From contig CM059427.1 in NCBI GenBank assembly GCA_030390025.1, positions 187,116,001 to 187,180,000 on the forward strand: a stretch of 64,000 nt of DNA. Direction: 5' to 3'. Below the pieces are notes generated by a model, which was not told where the DNA came from, made no database searches, and saw nothing but the letters and a program-made list of their open reading frames with translations. Of the stretch, positions 13,779 to 26,341 are shown one piece after another. The DNA is from Squalus acanthias (Eukaryota). How positions within the stretch are numbered: position 1 is the first letter of the stretch; each line of letters begins with the position of its first letter. A program made the translations under genes and the position numbers.

Positions 13779-14766
13779 GACATCTCCTCATGGCTGGAGA
13801 AGAACTTGGAGTGGGAGGGGGAAGATCCAGCTGTCGTGGTTCACGTAGGAACCAACGACATAGGTAGAACTAGAAATGAGGCTCTGCTGAGGGAGTTTGA
13901 GGAGCTAGGATCCAAATTAAGAAGCAGAACCTCAAAGGTAATAATCTCTGTATTGTTACCTGAGCCATGCGCAAATGGGCATAGGGACAAACAGATTAGA
14001 GGTTTAAATGCGTGGCTCAAAGAGTGGTGTGGGAGGAAGGGGTTTCGGTTCATGGGGCACTAGCACCAGTATTGGGGAAAGAGGGAGCTGTTCCGTTGGG
14101 ACGGGCTCCACTTAAACTGGGCTGGAACCAGTGTCCTGGTGAACTGAATAACTAGGGCAGTAGACAGGGCTTTTAACAAATGAAGGGTGGGAAGGGCAGG
14201 AGGATTCAGGAAAATGTAAATTTAAAAGCAGCGAGTGAAATGCCAAGGCTGTAGAGCAGAGTAGAGTTTTGGGTAAAAATAAGCAGAGTGGGTCAGGAAG
14301 AGACAGAGAGAGTAACGAAGATAATAAGGCATCAGTGGCTAAGATGACATCAGGGAAAAGAGAAATAAGTCAAAGCTAAAGGTACTATATCTGAATGCAT
14401 GAAGCATTCGCAACAAAATAGATGAATTAATAGCGTAGATAGAAATTAACAGGTTCGATCTAATAGCCATAACAGAGACGTGGTTGCAAAGTGGCCAAGG
14501 TTGGGAAATACATATTCCAGGATGCATAACTTTTAGAAGGGATAGGCAAAATGGAAAAAGAGGAGGGGTATCCCTGATAATAAAGGATAGGATAAAGACA
14601 GTAGAGAGAAAGGATCTTAGCGTGAAAATCAAGAAGTAAAATCAGTTTGGGTGGAGCTAAGGAACAGAAAAGGGCAGAAAACATTAGTGGGAGTTGTTTA
14701 TAGGCCCCCAAACAATAGTTGTAATGCAGGGCAGAGTATAAATCAGGAAATTAGAGGTGCATGTAA

Positions 14767-16428
14767 TGAAGGGATAATTACAAGTCCTAGCCCTTTCGGA
14801 CTACCCCAGATCAGGTGTATTCCCCAGACGTTTACCCTCAACTAAAGTTAGCGGTAGCCGGATCCCATAAGATGCTTAATTGGGTCTAAAGGTCAGACTA
14901 CCTCTCCCTAAAGGAAAGAAACGGTCTAAAGATGTTACCGTCCTCCAGATAGTACTTTTAATAAGTTTAACTAGACTGTAACCTTCCGGATATTATAAGG
15001 GTCCGGAATAACCCCCAGAATTCTGCGAATCTCCTTTGAGTGTACAGAATTTGAGTTCGCAAGATGATACAGAAATACTCTTTGAGACTATTCTGAAAAT
15101 ATATAGATTTATTACAGAACCGACATTCAGTTAACATTTATTATGGCAATCGCAACTTTAATCGTTCAAAATACAAATAGCTTACATTATCTTTTCAGAG
15201 ATCCATATTCTCAAATCTTAACTTCGTTACATTTCCACTCTTCTACTTATTTCTTAATCCAGAATATCCACCAAAATCAAATAAGAGTACCTTGATCCCT
15301 GAGACTCAAAAGTTAAAAACTTACAGAGAATGTCTGTAAAGTTGAGAAACGCTTGTCTTCCCAGCGACTTCTGACTTTTCTGTCTGAAAAGGTCTATTTT
15401 TATATCTTTTTCTGGGTGGTTTATCCTTTGAAGTATTCGTGCTGATGTAAGCTTAATTGTATCAAGTCATTCTTTGCTGACTTTGTTCTATTCTTTATTG
15501 ATATCTCTGTTGAATGCTTTTAGACTGTGTCCTGTTTAGGTGTTTCCAAAACCATCATAAACACAATGACAGCAATGGTTTCTGTTTGATGCAATTCTTA
15601 GGAAGTCTTTCTATTGAATTTCTAATACTACTTTAACTGGTTATTTTCAGCCATTGTGACTCCATGGTATTCCAAGTTCAATACAAGAACAATGTGATTG
15701 CTTGGTGTATCCATTGAAGTAATATTTTCAAAGTCGTCTTGTTTGTGTACTTTTACAACTTGTAAATTAAAACCACTTCTCTAGTATCTTCATGCATTTC
15801 TAATTTACTTCAATTGTTTTTTATCAGATCTTGGGACTCCATATTTCAAGCTTAACATTAAAACTATTTGTTCAGCAGGCATTTCTTTTACTTGATGTCA
15901 TTTCTTCAAAGCCTTCTGTAGGTATTATATTTACAATATGTAAATTGAAAACACTTTAACTGAGTGTTTACTTGTTTTCTAGCTATCTCTATTGGTTGCA
16001 TATTTAATCGTGTTTCCTGTCTTCTAAGTTTAACATAAAACTATTTTACGACAGGTTTTTCTTACTTGATGTCATTCTTTCAAAGGCACTTGGTTTTTTT
16101 AATGTTCTGTGCACCTGTTCGACGTGTTAGATTATAACACTTTATTTGGTTCATTCCATTGTTTTGATTCCAATGTTCAGACGCTCTGGAAGCAAACCTT
16201 TGCTTTATCAATAGGGCTTGTTTTAGCATTTTTAACTAATTCCCATGTCAAAGCTTGTGTTCACAGCTTTGTGTTAACAAACCATCTTATCTCATAAGCC
16301 TGTATTCTGTTTGCAGCCTGTGTCTGCTAAGGCTTATGTCTTTTAAACCCAGTATGCTTTTTATTAATAATTTCAGAAATCTGTTCGTAGTATCGTGCAT
16401 TTTTCTGAATCCTGGCTATTCCTTCACA
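14767..16428 (-). mobile_element. Solo LTR (1662 bp)
   Basis: TG...CA ends with an imperfect terminal inverted repeat (TGAAGGGATA / TATTCCTTCACA) and 4-bp TSD GTAA. Minus-strand TATAAAA at ~15400 and AATAAA at ~15110. Internal imperfect duplication at ~15755-16086. Confidence 0.8.
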
Positions 16429-19400
16429 GTAACAAGGGTATACAGTAATCAAGGGGGACTTTAATCTACATATAGACTGAGCAAACCAAATTTACAGTAA
16501 TAGTGTGGAGGACGAATTAATGGAATGTATGAAAGATAGTTTTCTAGATCAGTATGTTGAAGAACAACAAGGGAACAGGCTACTTTAGATCTTGTATTGT
16601 GCAACGAGAAAGGGTTAATTAATAACCTTCCAGTAAAGGAGCCTTTAGGGAAGAGTGACCATAATATGATAGAATTTTATATTCAGTTTGAAAGTGAATC
16701 AGTTAAATCTGAAACTAGGGTCTTAATTCTAAACAAAGCAAATTACGTTGGTATGAGGGGCGATTTGGTTAAGGTAGATTGGGAAACTACATTAAAAGGT
16801 ATGACAGTGGATGAGCAATGGCTAGCATTTAAAGAATTAATACATAATTTACAACAAATATACATTTGTTTCAGGCACAAAAAACCCACAGGAAAAGTGG
16901 TCCAACCGTGGATAACAAGAGAAGTTAAAGATAGATCAAAGGAAAAGGTTTATAACACTGCCAAAAAGAATAGTAAGCCTGAGGATTGGGAGGATTTTAG
17001 AATTCAGCAAAGGAGGACCAAGAAATTGATAATGAAAGGGAGAATAGAATATGAGAGTAAACTAGCGAGAGACATAAAAACAGACTGTAAAAGCTTCTAT
17101 TTGTATGTAAAAAGGAAAAGATTAGCAAAAGTAAATCTGGGTCCTTACAGGCTGAGACAGGAGAAATTATAATGGGGAATAAGGAAATGGCTGGGAAATT
17201 AAATAAATACTTTGTGTCTGTCTTCACAGAAGAAGACACAAAAAACTACCCGGAAATAGTGGACAACCAAGGGTCTAGCGAGAATGAGGAACTGAAAGAT
17301 ATTAGTATTAGTAAAAAGTAGTACTAGAGAAATTAATGGGACTGAAAGCCAATAAATCCCCTGGACCTGATGGCCTACATACTAGCGTTTTGAAAGAGTT
17401 GACTGTAGAGATAGTGGATGCATTGGTTGTCATTTTCCAAAATTCCATAGATTCTAGAATGGTTCTCGTGGATTGCAAGGTAGCAAATGTAACCCCACTA
17501 TTTAAGAAAGAAGGAGAGAGAAAACAGGGAACTGCAGATCAGTTAGCCTGATATCAGGAGCAGGGAAAATGCAAGAATCTATTATTAAGGACGTGGTAAC
17601 AGGGCACTTAGAAAATACGAATAAGATTGGGCAGAGTCACCGCGGATTTATGAAAGGGAAATCCTGTTTGACAAATCTGTTAAAGTTTGTTGAGGTAACT
17701 AGCAGAATATATAATGGAGAACCAGTGGATGTGGTGTATTTGGATTTTCAGAAGGCATTCGATAAGATGCCACACAAGAGGTTATTAAACAAAATTAGTG
17801 CTCATGGAATTGAGGGTAATATACTAGCATGGATTGAGGATTGGTTAACGGACAGAAAACAGAGAGTAGGAATAAACGAGTTATTTTTGGGTTGGCAGGC
17901 TGTAACTAGTGGAGTACCGCAACGATCAGTGCTTGGGCCTCAGCTATTCACAATCTACATTAATGATTTGGATGAGGGGACGAATGTATTATATCCAAGT
18001 TTGCTGATAATACAAAGCTGGGTGGGACTGTAAGTTGTGAGGAGGATGCAAAGAGGCTTCAAGGGGATATAGACAGACTAATTGTGTGGGCAAGAACATT
18101 CAAATGGAATATCATATGGAGAAATGAAGTTATCCATTTTGGTAGGAAAAATAGAAAAGCAGGGTATTTTTTAAATGGTGAGAGATTGGGAAATGTTGGT
18201 GTTCAGAGGGACCTTGTACACGAATCACTGAATGTTAACATGCAGGTACAGCAAGCAATGAGGACATCAAATGGTATGTTGGCCTTTATTACAAGAGGAT
18301 ATGAGTATAAGAGTAATGACGTCTTACTGCAATTATATAGGGCCCTGGTGAGACCACACTTGGAGTATTGTGCACAGTTTTGGTCTCCTTACCTAAGGAA
18401 GGATATACTTGCCATAGAGGGAGTGCAAAAAAGGTTCACCAGACTGATTCCTGGGATGGGGGGGATTGTCGTATGAGGACAGATTGAGTAGACTAAGCCT
18501 ATATTCTCTAGAGTTTAGAAGAATGAGAGGTGATCTCAGTGAAACATACAACATTCTTATAGGGCTTGACAGGGTAGATGCAGGGAGGATATTTCCCCTG
18601 GCTGGGGAGTCTAGAACCAGGAGTCACAGTCTCAGAATAAGGGGTTGGCCATTTAGGACTGAGATGAGGAGAAACTTCTTCACTCAGAGGGTGATGAATC
18701 TTTGGAATTCTCTACCCCAGAGGGATGTGGAGGCTCAGTTGTTAAGTATATTCAAGACAGAGATCAATAGATTTTCGGATATTAAGGTAATCAAGGGATA
18801 TGTGATAGTTCAGGAAAGTGGAGGTGAGGTAGAAGATCTCATTGAATGGTGGAGCAGGCTCGAAGGGCCAAATGTCCTACTCCTGCTCCTATTTCTTATG
18901 TTCTTAGGTTCTTATGTCAGCATGTGGGTCCCCGGTGCATATATCAACATTGAACAAAAAACTGTCCTCTCGCCCCTCAATGCCACTTCTAACCGAGTTC
19001 TGCTGCTATTTGAAGTGATTCCAGCTGCTGCATACTCAAGGCTTCAAATAAGCATTCAGCTGGGAGCAGGACTGAGGAAAGAGGAAAGGGCAGGGAAGCA
19101 ATGGCCATGAACTGAGAGGGAAGGATGGAAATGATGGCAATGTAGAGGAGAGATGGTGAGCAGAGGGAAATGACAGAAGCTGGGAGTGGGGCTTTGGGGG
19201 AGGAAGAGGGGAAAAGCTGAGAGTGGAACTTTGGAGTGGAAGATAAGAATTTGCATTTGTGTGAAGTGTCGAAAAAAGACTCTGTTATTAAAATAGCATC
19301 AAAACTATTGATGTGGATCAGGGTAAGGCCAGAACGACCTTACAGTAGAAATTAAATAGTTACTGAAATAACACTGTTACACACAAAGTACAGGGAGCAC

Positions 19401-19929
19401 AGAGACAGCAAATGCTTTTACTACAGACTGAGCCCATATTTTTTTCTTTGAAACATTGGTGTAAATATAACATTGCAATACAGTGGGCAAAAATCAACAA
19501 CCAGGTCTTGATGGATCTGACAATAAATAGCTAAAGGGTTGAAGGTGGACAGCAACATTCTCACACAGCTCATCAGTTACCAAAACACAGAGACAATTCT
19601 TTTCTAAATATGGTTCACTTTACTCACTGCAAGGGCACAGCATTAAAGTCCAGCCCTGAATATCTACTCAGTGCTCTTCCAATACACACACCTAGGGTAC
19701 AACACTGATTGACTTTGGTTGAACATCATTGGTAGTGCAAGAATTGTACAAGCAGTTATGGTGCTCTGTGATTGTTAGCATCTGAGATCAATAGATTGGG
19801 AGTGGAGGGAGGGGGGATGGTTTTAATGTGGCCTAGTTCTGTACAGGTAACTGAATGGGGAACAACTTCACCAGCTGTCGAGAGGCAAGTGGGGCAGAGG
19901 AACAAGGCTACAGCCAATATTTGTTTTTA

Positions 19930-20070
19930 GATAGAGTCATAGAGTTATACAGCACAGAAAGAGGCCCTTCGGCCCATCGTGTCTGTGCCGGCCATCAAGC
20001 TCTATCTATTCTAATCCCATTTTCCAGCACTTGGTCCGTCGCCTTATATGCTATGGCATTTCAAGTACTC
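19930..20070 (-). mobile_element. Short CR1 3'-end fragment
   Basis: Closely matches the CR1 3' end at 50540-50680 (agagtcatagagttatacagcacagaaagaggcccttcggcccatc). Confidence 0.8.
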
Positions 20071-21467
20071 ATTTTTCTTGTCTAGAATTGTCAAAGTAAA
20101 TGAAGCTGTTCAACATCAGAAGGTAGAAAATCTGAAATGATGCATTTTTTTTATAAGTGGTACCAGAGTATAAAACAAAAACAGCGAATGCTTTCAGTAA
20201 CATAGCATCTTGAAGAAAGAAAAAAATACACTTCACTGAGGAAGAATGATGTGGATGTCAGTATTAGTGAGAAAGTTAAGAGAGGTGATTGAAAGCTTGG
20301 TCAAAGAGTGTGTGTGAAGACACAGCAAGAGGTGAAGGGGTTTAGGGAGGGAGTTCCAGAGGTTTGGGTAGAGGGGAGATCGGAGGCGTTGGGGGTGGGG
20401 GGATTTAGATCGAAGACCGGAGGGGAGATCGGAAGGATCGTGGGGAGATCGGAGACCGCAGCCAAGCAGTTCGGAGAAGGGAGTGAGGGATCGGAAAGAC
20501 CGGGGTGGTGGAGGTGAGATCAGAAGAGTTGGGTCGGTGGGAGATCATGGCTCAGGGGTGTGACCAATCAGGGGTTGATGGTGTGGGGAGCAGGTAAGCT
20601 GGCTCCAGCTGGTAATTGGAAAGGCACTTACCTGCAGGAACCAGCAGCCCACGCCTCCCTCTAGGTGTCGGGCAGCTTGAGGCCTGGGAATCCTGGCCGG
20701 CCAGTGTTAAATTTAAATGGAGATTAAATCTGAGCGAAGCAGCCTCGTTATAATATTTAAATGACCAACTCACCTCCTGGGAGTGGGTTGGTCGTCCTGT
20801 CCCCCGTCCCACCATCGTTAAAACCGGAAGTGGGCGGGGTGGGGTAGGGTTTGTGATTTTTAACATTTTAACAACCCACCCAACCCAAACCCACCCATTT
20901 TAGGGGTTTAAAATGACCACCTTTGAATTTGTGCAATAGTACAACAACATTGCGAGATGTAAAACGTGCTGCCAATTCACTATCGTTCATTTTACACATC
21001 GCACAAAGCCAAATTACCCGCATGTTTCTGGAAGAAAGCATCATGATTGCTCCCTGGACAATAAGTAAAGGAATCCCAACTTTCCCATTTTTTCAGCTGC
21101 CAAGTTGTATTGCAGCAACAATTAAAACAACTCTGAGTGAGTCTGGCTGAGAAAATTTGAAGGAAGGAAGAATGATAATAAGATAATAATGAACAGGTGT
21201 AAACTCTGTGCAAAATGTTAAATACAGAAGAAGACAGATGTTCACTGAAAAAACCTGCTAGTTGCCACCAACTCAAATAACCACGTCCTTGCTTTATGGA
21301 TTATGTTAAAGTGGGACAGGCCCATGGAGCAGACGTGTGCGCATCTCACATGGGTGAGGTGAGCACTGGAGGAAGAACTTTGCCAAAATTCATGAAATTC
21401 TGCATGGGATCTTCTTTGAAAAATTATTCCAGGTAAATGAGGATTGCACTTGCCTGAAGGAAACCAT

Positions 21468-22229
21468 GGGCCAGAAATTCGGATTTCCGGCTTCCTGCGG
21501 GTGCAAGCATCGTGCGCGTACTTGACTACCGCGCCTGCCGTTGTGCTTTGGGCCCACGAGGACTTCGGGTCCTGGGCCTCCTCCAGCTGCCGGCGCGCAG
21601 TGCTTGTGTATCCCAGGGGCGCAGTTAGTTCGAAGCGTCGCCTGGGATCACGTGGGCCATGGAGAGCCAATCCTAGCAGGGCATTTTCATTCATAGATTT
21701 GACAGGAAGACCTGTCAAATCTATGAATAGAGATCGGCCCCAAAACCACACTTAAACTTCAAATACATTTTTTTTAAATCACATTTTTAAAATAACTATA
21801 AGTTACATAAATTAACTACTTTAAATAAAAATTAAAATTTTTGAAAAAATTAATTATACATTTTAACGGTGCTAAAAATAAACTTACCTTTCTTTAAAGT
21901 ATCTAAAAAAGATAAGCCTGTTGAAAAAATGTTTAAATTGTAATTAATTAATCACTTACCTTGTTAAAAATAGGCCTTGCGCCTCCTTTTTAAAAGCGCA
22001 GCTTCTTCATACTTACCTTCCCGGAGAAACCTGAAAAAAAACCTGAAGTTCGCTGCGTGCGCGCAGCCTCTCCCGCGCACGTGTTCGACTTCTGAACCCC
22101 TCCCTTCAGGGGAACGGAAGTTCCGGTTTCCCGCGCATGCGCAGTGCATGCAGGAAACTGACACTTCAGGTTGCCTTACGGGTGAGTACACAACACGTAC
22201 TCACCCGACAACAGCCGAATTTCTGACCC
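21468..22229. mobile_element. Harbinger-type MITE, family 1
   Basis: TIR GGGCCAGAAATTCGG (14/15 match), TSD CAT. GC-rich arms and an AT-rich core shared with the copies at 41846 and 49371. Confidence 0.9.
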
Positions 22230-22618
22230 CATATTTAAAACATTGCAAAATTGCTCTGTGCAAAATGTAGTTCTATGTAGCCTGCAGCCGCCACCAGCAG
22301 GACTCCAGGTTACTGGCCCAGCCTCAGACTATTGGGCCTGTGATGTCATGGTGTCGCCCAGGGCACAAAAATCTCATCATACTAAAAATCAAAAATGTTT
22401 CATTCAAAAAATTCTGTTTCCTTATGAATATCAAATTAACCCAAATTGTACATTTTTTAAACAGTTTATAAATCTGACAAAAACTTGATCAAATAAAATT
22501 ATGATAATCAAAATGCAAAATAGGCTTATATGATTGTGGCCAATAATTATTCTCTATTTTCTCTGTAACTCAACAACCGTAAAAATCTAACACGTCGTTC
22601 TCTGTCTCTCTATTACAG

Positions 22619-22972
22619 ATTTATATGGGAAGAGTTACACACTTTATCGATCAGGCACAGATCACAGTGAACTCGACCTGATTTGCTATGGTTATTATAA
22701 TAATTATGTTTACTCTTACTCTCATGCTGCATGGACCTGGAGGTCACGTCAGCTTCAAAATCAGAAGAAAGAAATAGCATCTGCTTCAATATCTCAGCTC
22801 ATCAATGTAGACAGGACCTACTTTGGGAGTCGACTGGTGCCCACAGAGACAAAGTTTAATGGCAAGAACTTCAGTGTGAGGATTGTCCCTGTGCTGTTTG
22901 AAGATGCAGGAGTTTACACAAGTTCTCTGGGATCATATAACATGGTGACCATTAAACTAATCACAGTTAAAG
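22619..22972 (+). CDS. IgSF receptor exon B: V-type Ig domain (F-strand Cys replaced by Ser)
   Basis: Acceptor tctgtctctctattacAG, donor GTAGGA, 354 nt, phase 1-1, open and in frame with exon A. YLYGKSYTLYRSGTDHSELDLICYGYYNNYVYSYSHAAWTW...FGSRL...NFSVRIVPVLFEDAGVYTSSLG...IKLITVK. Only its 3' half appears in the ORF track. Confidence 0.9.
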
Positions 22973-23050
22973 GTAGGAGACAGAATGTTGTCATTGTTTC
23001 CAATGATCAAGTTATTGTTTGAAATCTAAATGATTTTCTTGTTTACACAG

Positions 23051-23320
23051 TCACAGCTGAACCATCTGATGCAGTGACTGAGGGAGACACCGTTACCCTG
23101 ACCTGCTCTGTCTCTGATGTCACTGAATCAATGAGACTTGTTTGGATCAGTAGCGATGGCAAAACTGTTGAGGAGAAAACTTTTAAGGACCAAAACCAGG
23201 AAGAGGATTTGTTACGGCTGATTATTCAGAAAGCTGATAGAGACAGAAGGAACTGGACATGTGTTTTGTTTCATCAAAACACGCCCAGCATTTTAATTCC
23301 ATATTATCTGAAGGTTAACA
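23051..23320 (+). CDS. IgSF receptor exon C: membrane-proximal C2 Ig domain with WxC motif
   Basis: Follows a 78-nt intron. Acceptor ttttcttgtttacacAG, donor GTAAGT (23321), 270 nt, phase 1-1. VTAEPSDAVTEGDTVTLTC...LVW...DRDRRNWTC...YLKVN. Confidence 0.92.
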
Positions 23321-23657
23321 GTAAGTGTCTCAGGTTTTTCACTTTTAGCCTCCATTGAAAGTTCTTGTCACTCACTGCTCTTTTATTATGATAACCTCTT
23401 CCTTTTCAGATCCTATTGCACTCCACATTACTCAGAGTTCAATCATCGGTGTTCACATATAAACAATTTAACATCAAAAATCAAACTATACAATCAAAGC
23501 AATAGAGAGGAGCTGAAGAGGAGAACATTTTTTTTACATCTTTGGGTCCATTACACTCCTGTAAAGAGTCTTTTAAATGTTAAATTCCCTCCTGCCCACT
23601 GCAATAAGACTAATTGCCAGCAACAGAATGTTTTTTCTTGCATCCAGTGTTGCTATG

Positions 23658-24827
23658 TGTAGGGGGTGGTACACACGAGGGAAATTACAGTAGAAAAATA
23701 CCTCACCCCTCCCAATCCCACTTTACTAGCTAAGTTGGGCTCTAGAGGACCAGGGATAATGCTCACCAAACGAATCCTTGACAGTTGAGCTGGTTCGCGG
23801 TTTCGGGGTTCGCTGGATGTGTTGGTGGGTGCCTGCCGTACCCCGGACGCGGTAAAGGACTTCAACTGCGTATCTGGTCAGTCTTCGCGAGTCCGCTGAT
23901 GCGGTAGGGTGCGTATTGGATGTATCGGGTGAGTACCCACTTTGCTTCGGTTAGAGTTAGGGTTTAGAGTCTTTTGAGTAAAAATCTTACCCAGGGGTAA
24001 GTCAGGAATAGATTTCAGAGTGGAAAACTTGCGAGTCTTCGGTTTTCTCCCGAGTTGGTTTTCTTTGGTCACGGTGGCCCAATATTACCCGGTTGGTTGG
24101 TGGTAATATTCGATTGGTTGTTTCGTAAGGCCCTTGTTGCCGTGAGATGTCTGATGGTCACTGGAACTGTTGTTCTGGTCTCTTCTTGTGTGTTGACCTG
24201 CTTCTAGAGCTGCTGAACTCCGTAATTGCTGAACTCGATGCACTCCTGATTGTTGTAACTGTGTAACTGCTCCACTCTTGAACTTGAGAAAACAGGCCTT
24301 CAATTGTTCACGAAAGTGTGAAGTGTTTTCGGGATGGTTCCATGAGCTGTTGAGCTGTTTCTTGATTGTAGTCAATTGTGCGCAGGTTTCGAGTTACCTG
24401 ACTGGGCCTGAGATTTCTATAGAGTGGGTCTGAGTGATCTGTTTTATGCATGGTTTGGATGGGTCCTGTAATTTGGGTGGGGACTGCTCTTCCTCAGGTC
24501 TTTTGTTAGGATGTTAATGTCTGATAGGGGCCGATTAACTCCAAATGAGGTCATGCAGTTCCCCAGACAGTTTGATTAACTCCAATAATCAAACTGTCTT
24601 TTACAGAGGTTGAACCCAACTCCTGTGCAGCCTTTTCTCCCTTACAACTCCAGACATGTCTTTTGAAAAAACAAATCTTGTTTTTTTTGCTCTAAATGGC
24701 CTTCGGTTAGGCCCAATGCATTTCATCACCCTGAAGTAGTTATAAAAGAGTCCAAAGTCCTTCTCCTTAGGGTATGTCTCCGAGTTTTGGGGGATCTGTG
24801 AGATCTGCGAATTTTGAGAATCTTACA
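23658..24827 (-). repeat. 3' LTR (1170 bp, ~200-bp deletion near one end)
   Basis: Same termini as 28167-29647. It jumps from tgtagggggtg to gtacacacgaggg, lacking the segment equivalent to ~28178-28379. Confidence 0.88.
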
Positions 24828-25859
24828 GTCCCTGTGATACTTTATTTGCTTGAGTATCATCCTGGGTGAGCAAAATTCTTGATCCTCGAGAGCCAACCTT
24901 CCCCTGTAGTTTACCTATCTAAGACCCAAAACATACATTCCCCTTTAGGTGTAGTGTTCAGATGCAGACACAGGTAAGAATTCAGTTACATTCATATCCA
25001 AGCACGGAGGGAGTCCAACACCCCTTCACCACTTGGAAAATATAGTACATACATAGAAAAATAATACACGGTCACAAAACTTTATTCATCAGAAAAGCTA
25101 TGTACATCCGCCGCCCGTCTCCGGACGGCCAGGCTAATTCCTGTTTGGCCTCTGTCTTGGGCAGCTTCTGAGCAGCTTGTACGCCTGGGCGTAAGGTGGC
25201 CTGTACCGCAGGACCCGGAGAGTCCTTTTTAAAACAACTGGGGGTTTCCCTGAATCCCAGATAATCCGGGGAGTGTCCCCTCCTGTGCTACAGCACACTA
25301 CCCACTTTGGTGTGGCTGCTGAGTCCCTGTCCTGTCCTGTGGGTTCCTCGCAGCCTGAGGCCGCAGGTTGGGGATCCCTCTTGTTCTCTTTGCCCACCGC
25401 TACCTCTCCTGTGAGTCCCTCACCGTTGGAAGCTGCAGGCTGGGGATCCCTATTCCTAGAATGATCCCTGACCTTGGGCGTTCTTATATGGGTTGCAGCC
25501 CTTCCGGGGCTGAACCATTGAAACTGATGCGCTGGTGACCACGGTAGTTTTGGCTGTGGTGTGCGAGGAGACTTTTTAGAGGTGCGTCCGAGTCCCAAAT
25601 AATTGGTGGGATGGCCCCCTCCAGTGACACAAGCCACTGCCCCCACCGGTGCGGTCTGTGAGTCTGCCACAGCTGCTGGCTGAGGATCTCTATCTTTGGG
25701 GCGGTCCACCCTTGCTGGGCTCTCCCCTTTGTCGGGTTTAAACAGTTTACCCTGGTTAATCTCCCACTCATGGGTTCTCTGGGGTTCTAACAGCAGCCGA
25801 TTTTTCTGGTGCTGGCTCCCCAGGTTACTGGCTGCTTGCCAGTGACTCTGTTTTAAAAT

Positions 25860-26100
25860 CTCGTCCGCTGCCCTGAACGGACCTTCTATGGACTCCCCAT
25901 TCTCTCTCTTTACCAGGACGGCCTTAAGGACGGGATCCTGGGCTTGGACCTGCTTTAAGTCCGGGGGCAAAGCTACCCCCTGTGTGCCTCCCTTGTCCCG
26001 GATTGCAGCTACCAGACCTGCTTTATAGGGATCCCAGAACTCTCCTTCCCTGGCCCCCTGCTTGGCCAACTTGTCGGCCTTTTGGTTACCCTCCCACGTG
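25860..26100 (-). pseudogene. pol remnant: RNase H C-terminus and linker
   Basis: EGNQKADKLAKQGA matches the RNase H G-N-x-x-A-D-x-L-A motif, followed by DLKQVQAQDPVL, the typical pre-integrase linker. Confidence 0.7.
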
Positions 26101-26341
26101 GTATGGAGGGATCCTAAATCTATGTCCAAAGGTTTGGACATTGCCCCAGCCTGTTCGTTCCCTGTGAACCCCATTAGGCTAAATGGGACCTTGTTAGACC
26201 TGGGTGAATTGGTCGGGTCTTCGAATGGACCACCGTGCTGGAAGCTCCGGTGTCCACCAAATTACTCCCTTGCACCGTCTCCACCCCGTTCTTACCATCG
26301 TATTCCGGGGAACACAGGTAGACAGGCAGCACTGGTTCTAG

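Larger units (their letters stand above)
7790..18917 (+). mobile_element. Near-full-length CR1 LINE in three pieces (7790-8626, 13779-14766, 16429-18917)
   Basis: ORF1 has a zinc finger and SGNH esterase motifs (DSIVRG, VHVGTNDIG, DGLHLN). ORF2 has APE and RT fragments, and the tail is (TTCTTATG)n. The junctions gttaaagac|atctcc and gcatgtaa|caagggta rejoin. Confidence 0.9.

Noticed and set aside
18466-19110. RT C-terminus with a hydrophobic, TM-like extension
   Set aside because: A frameshift reads through the CR1 3' UTR and microsatellite tail. There are no splice signals or other support.
23321-23358. Secreted isoform by read-through after exon C
   Set aside because: The donor is a perfect GTAAGT and a nearby intronic stop is expected by chance. 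There is no independent evidence.
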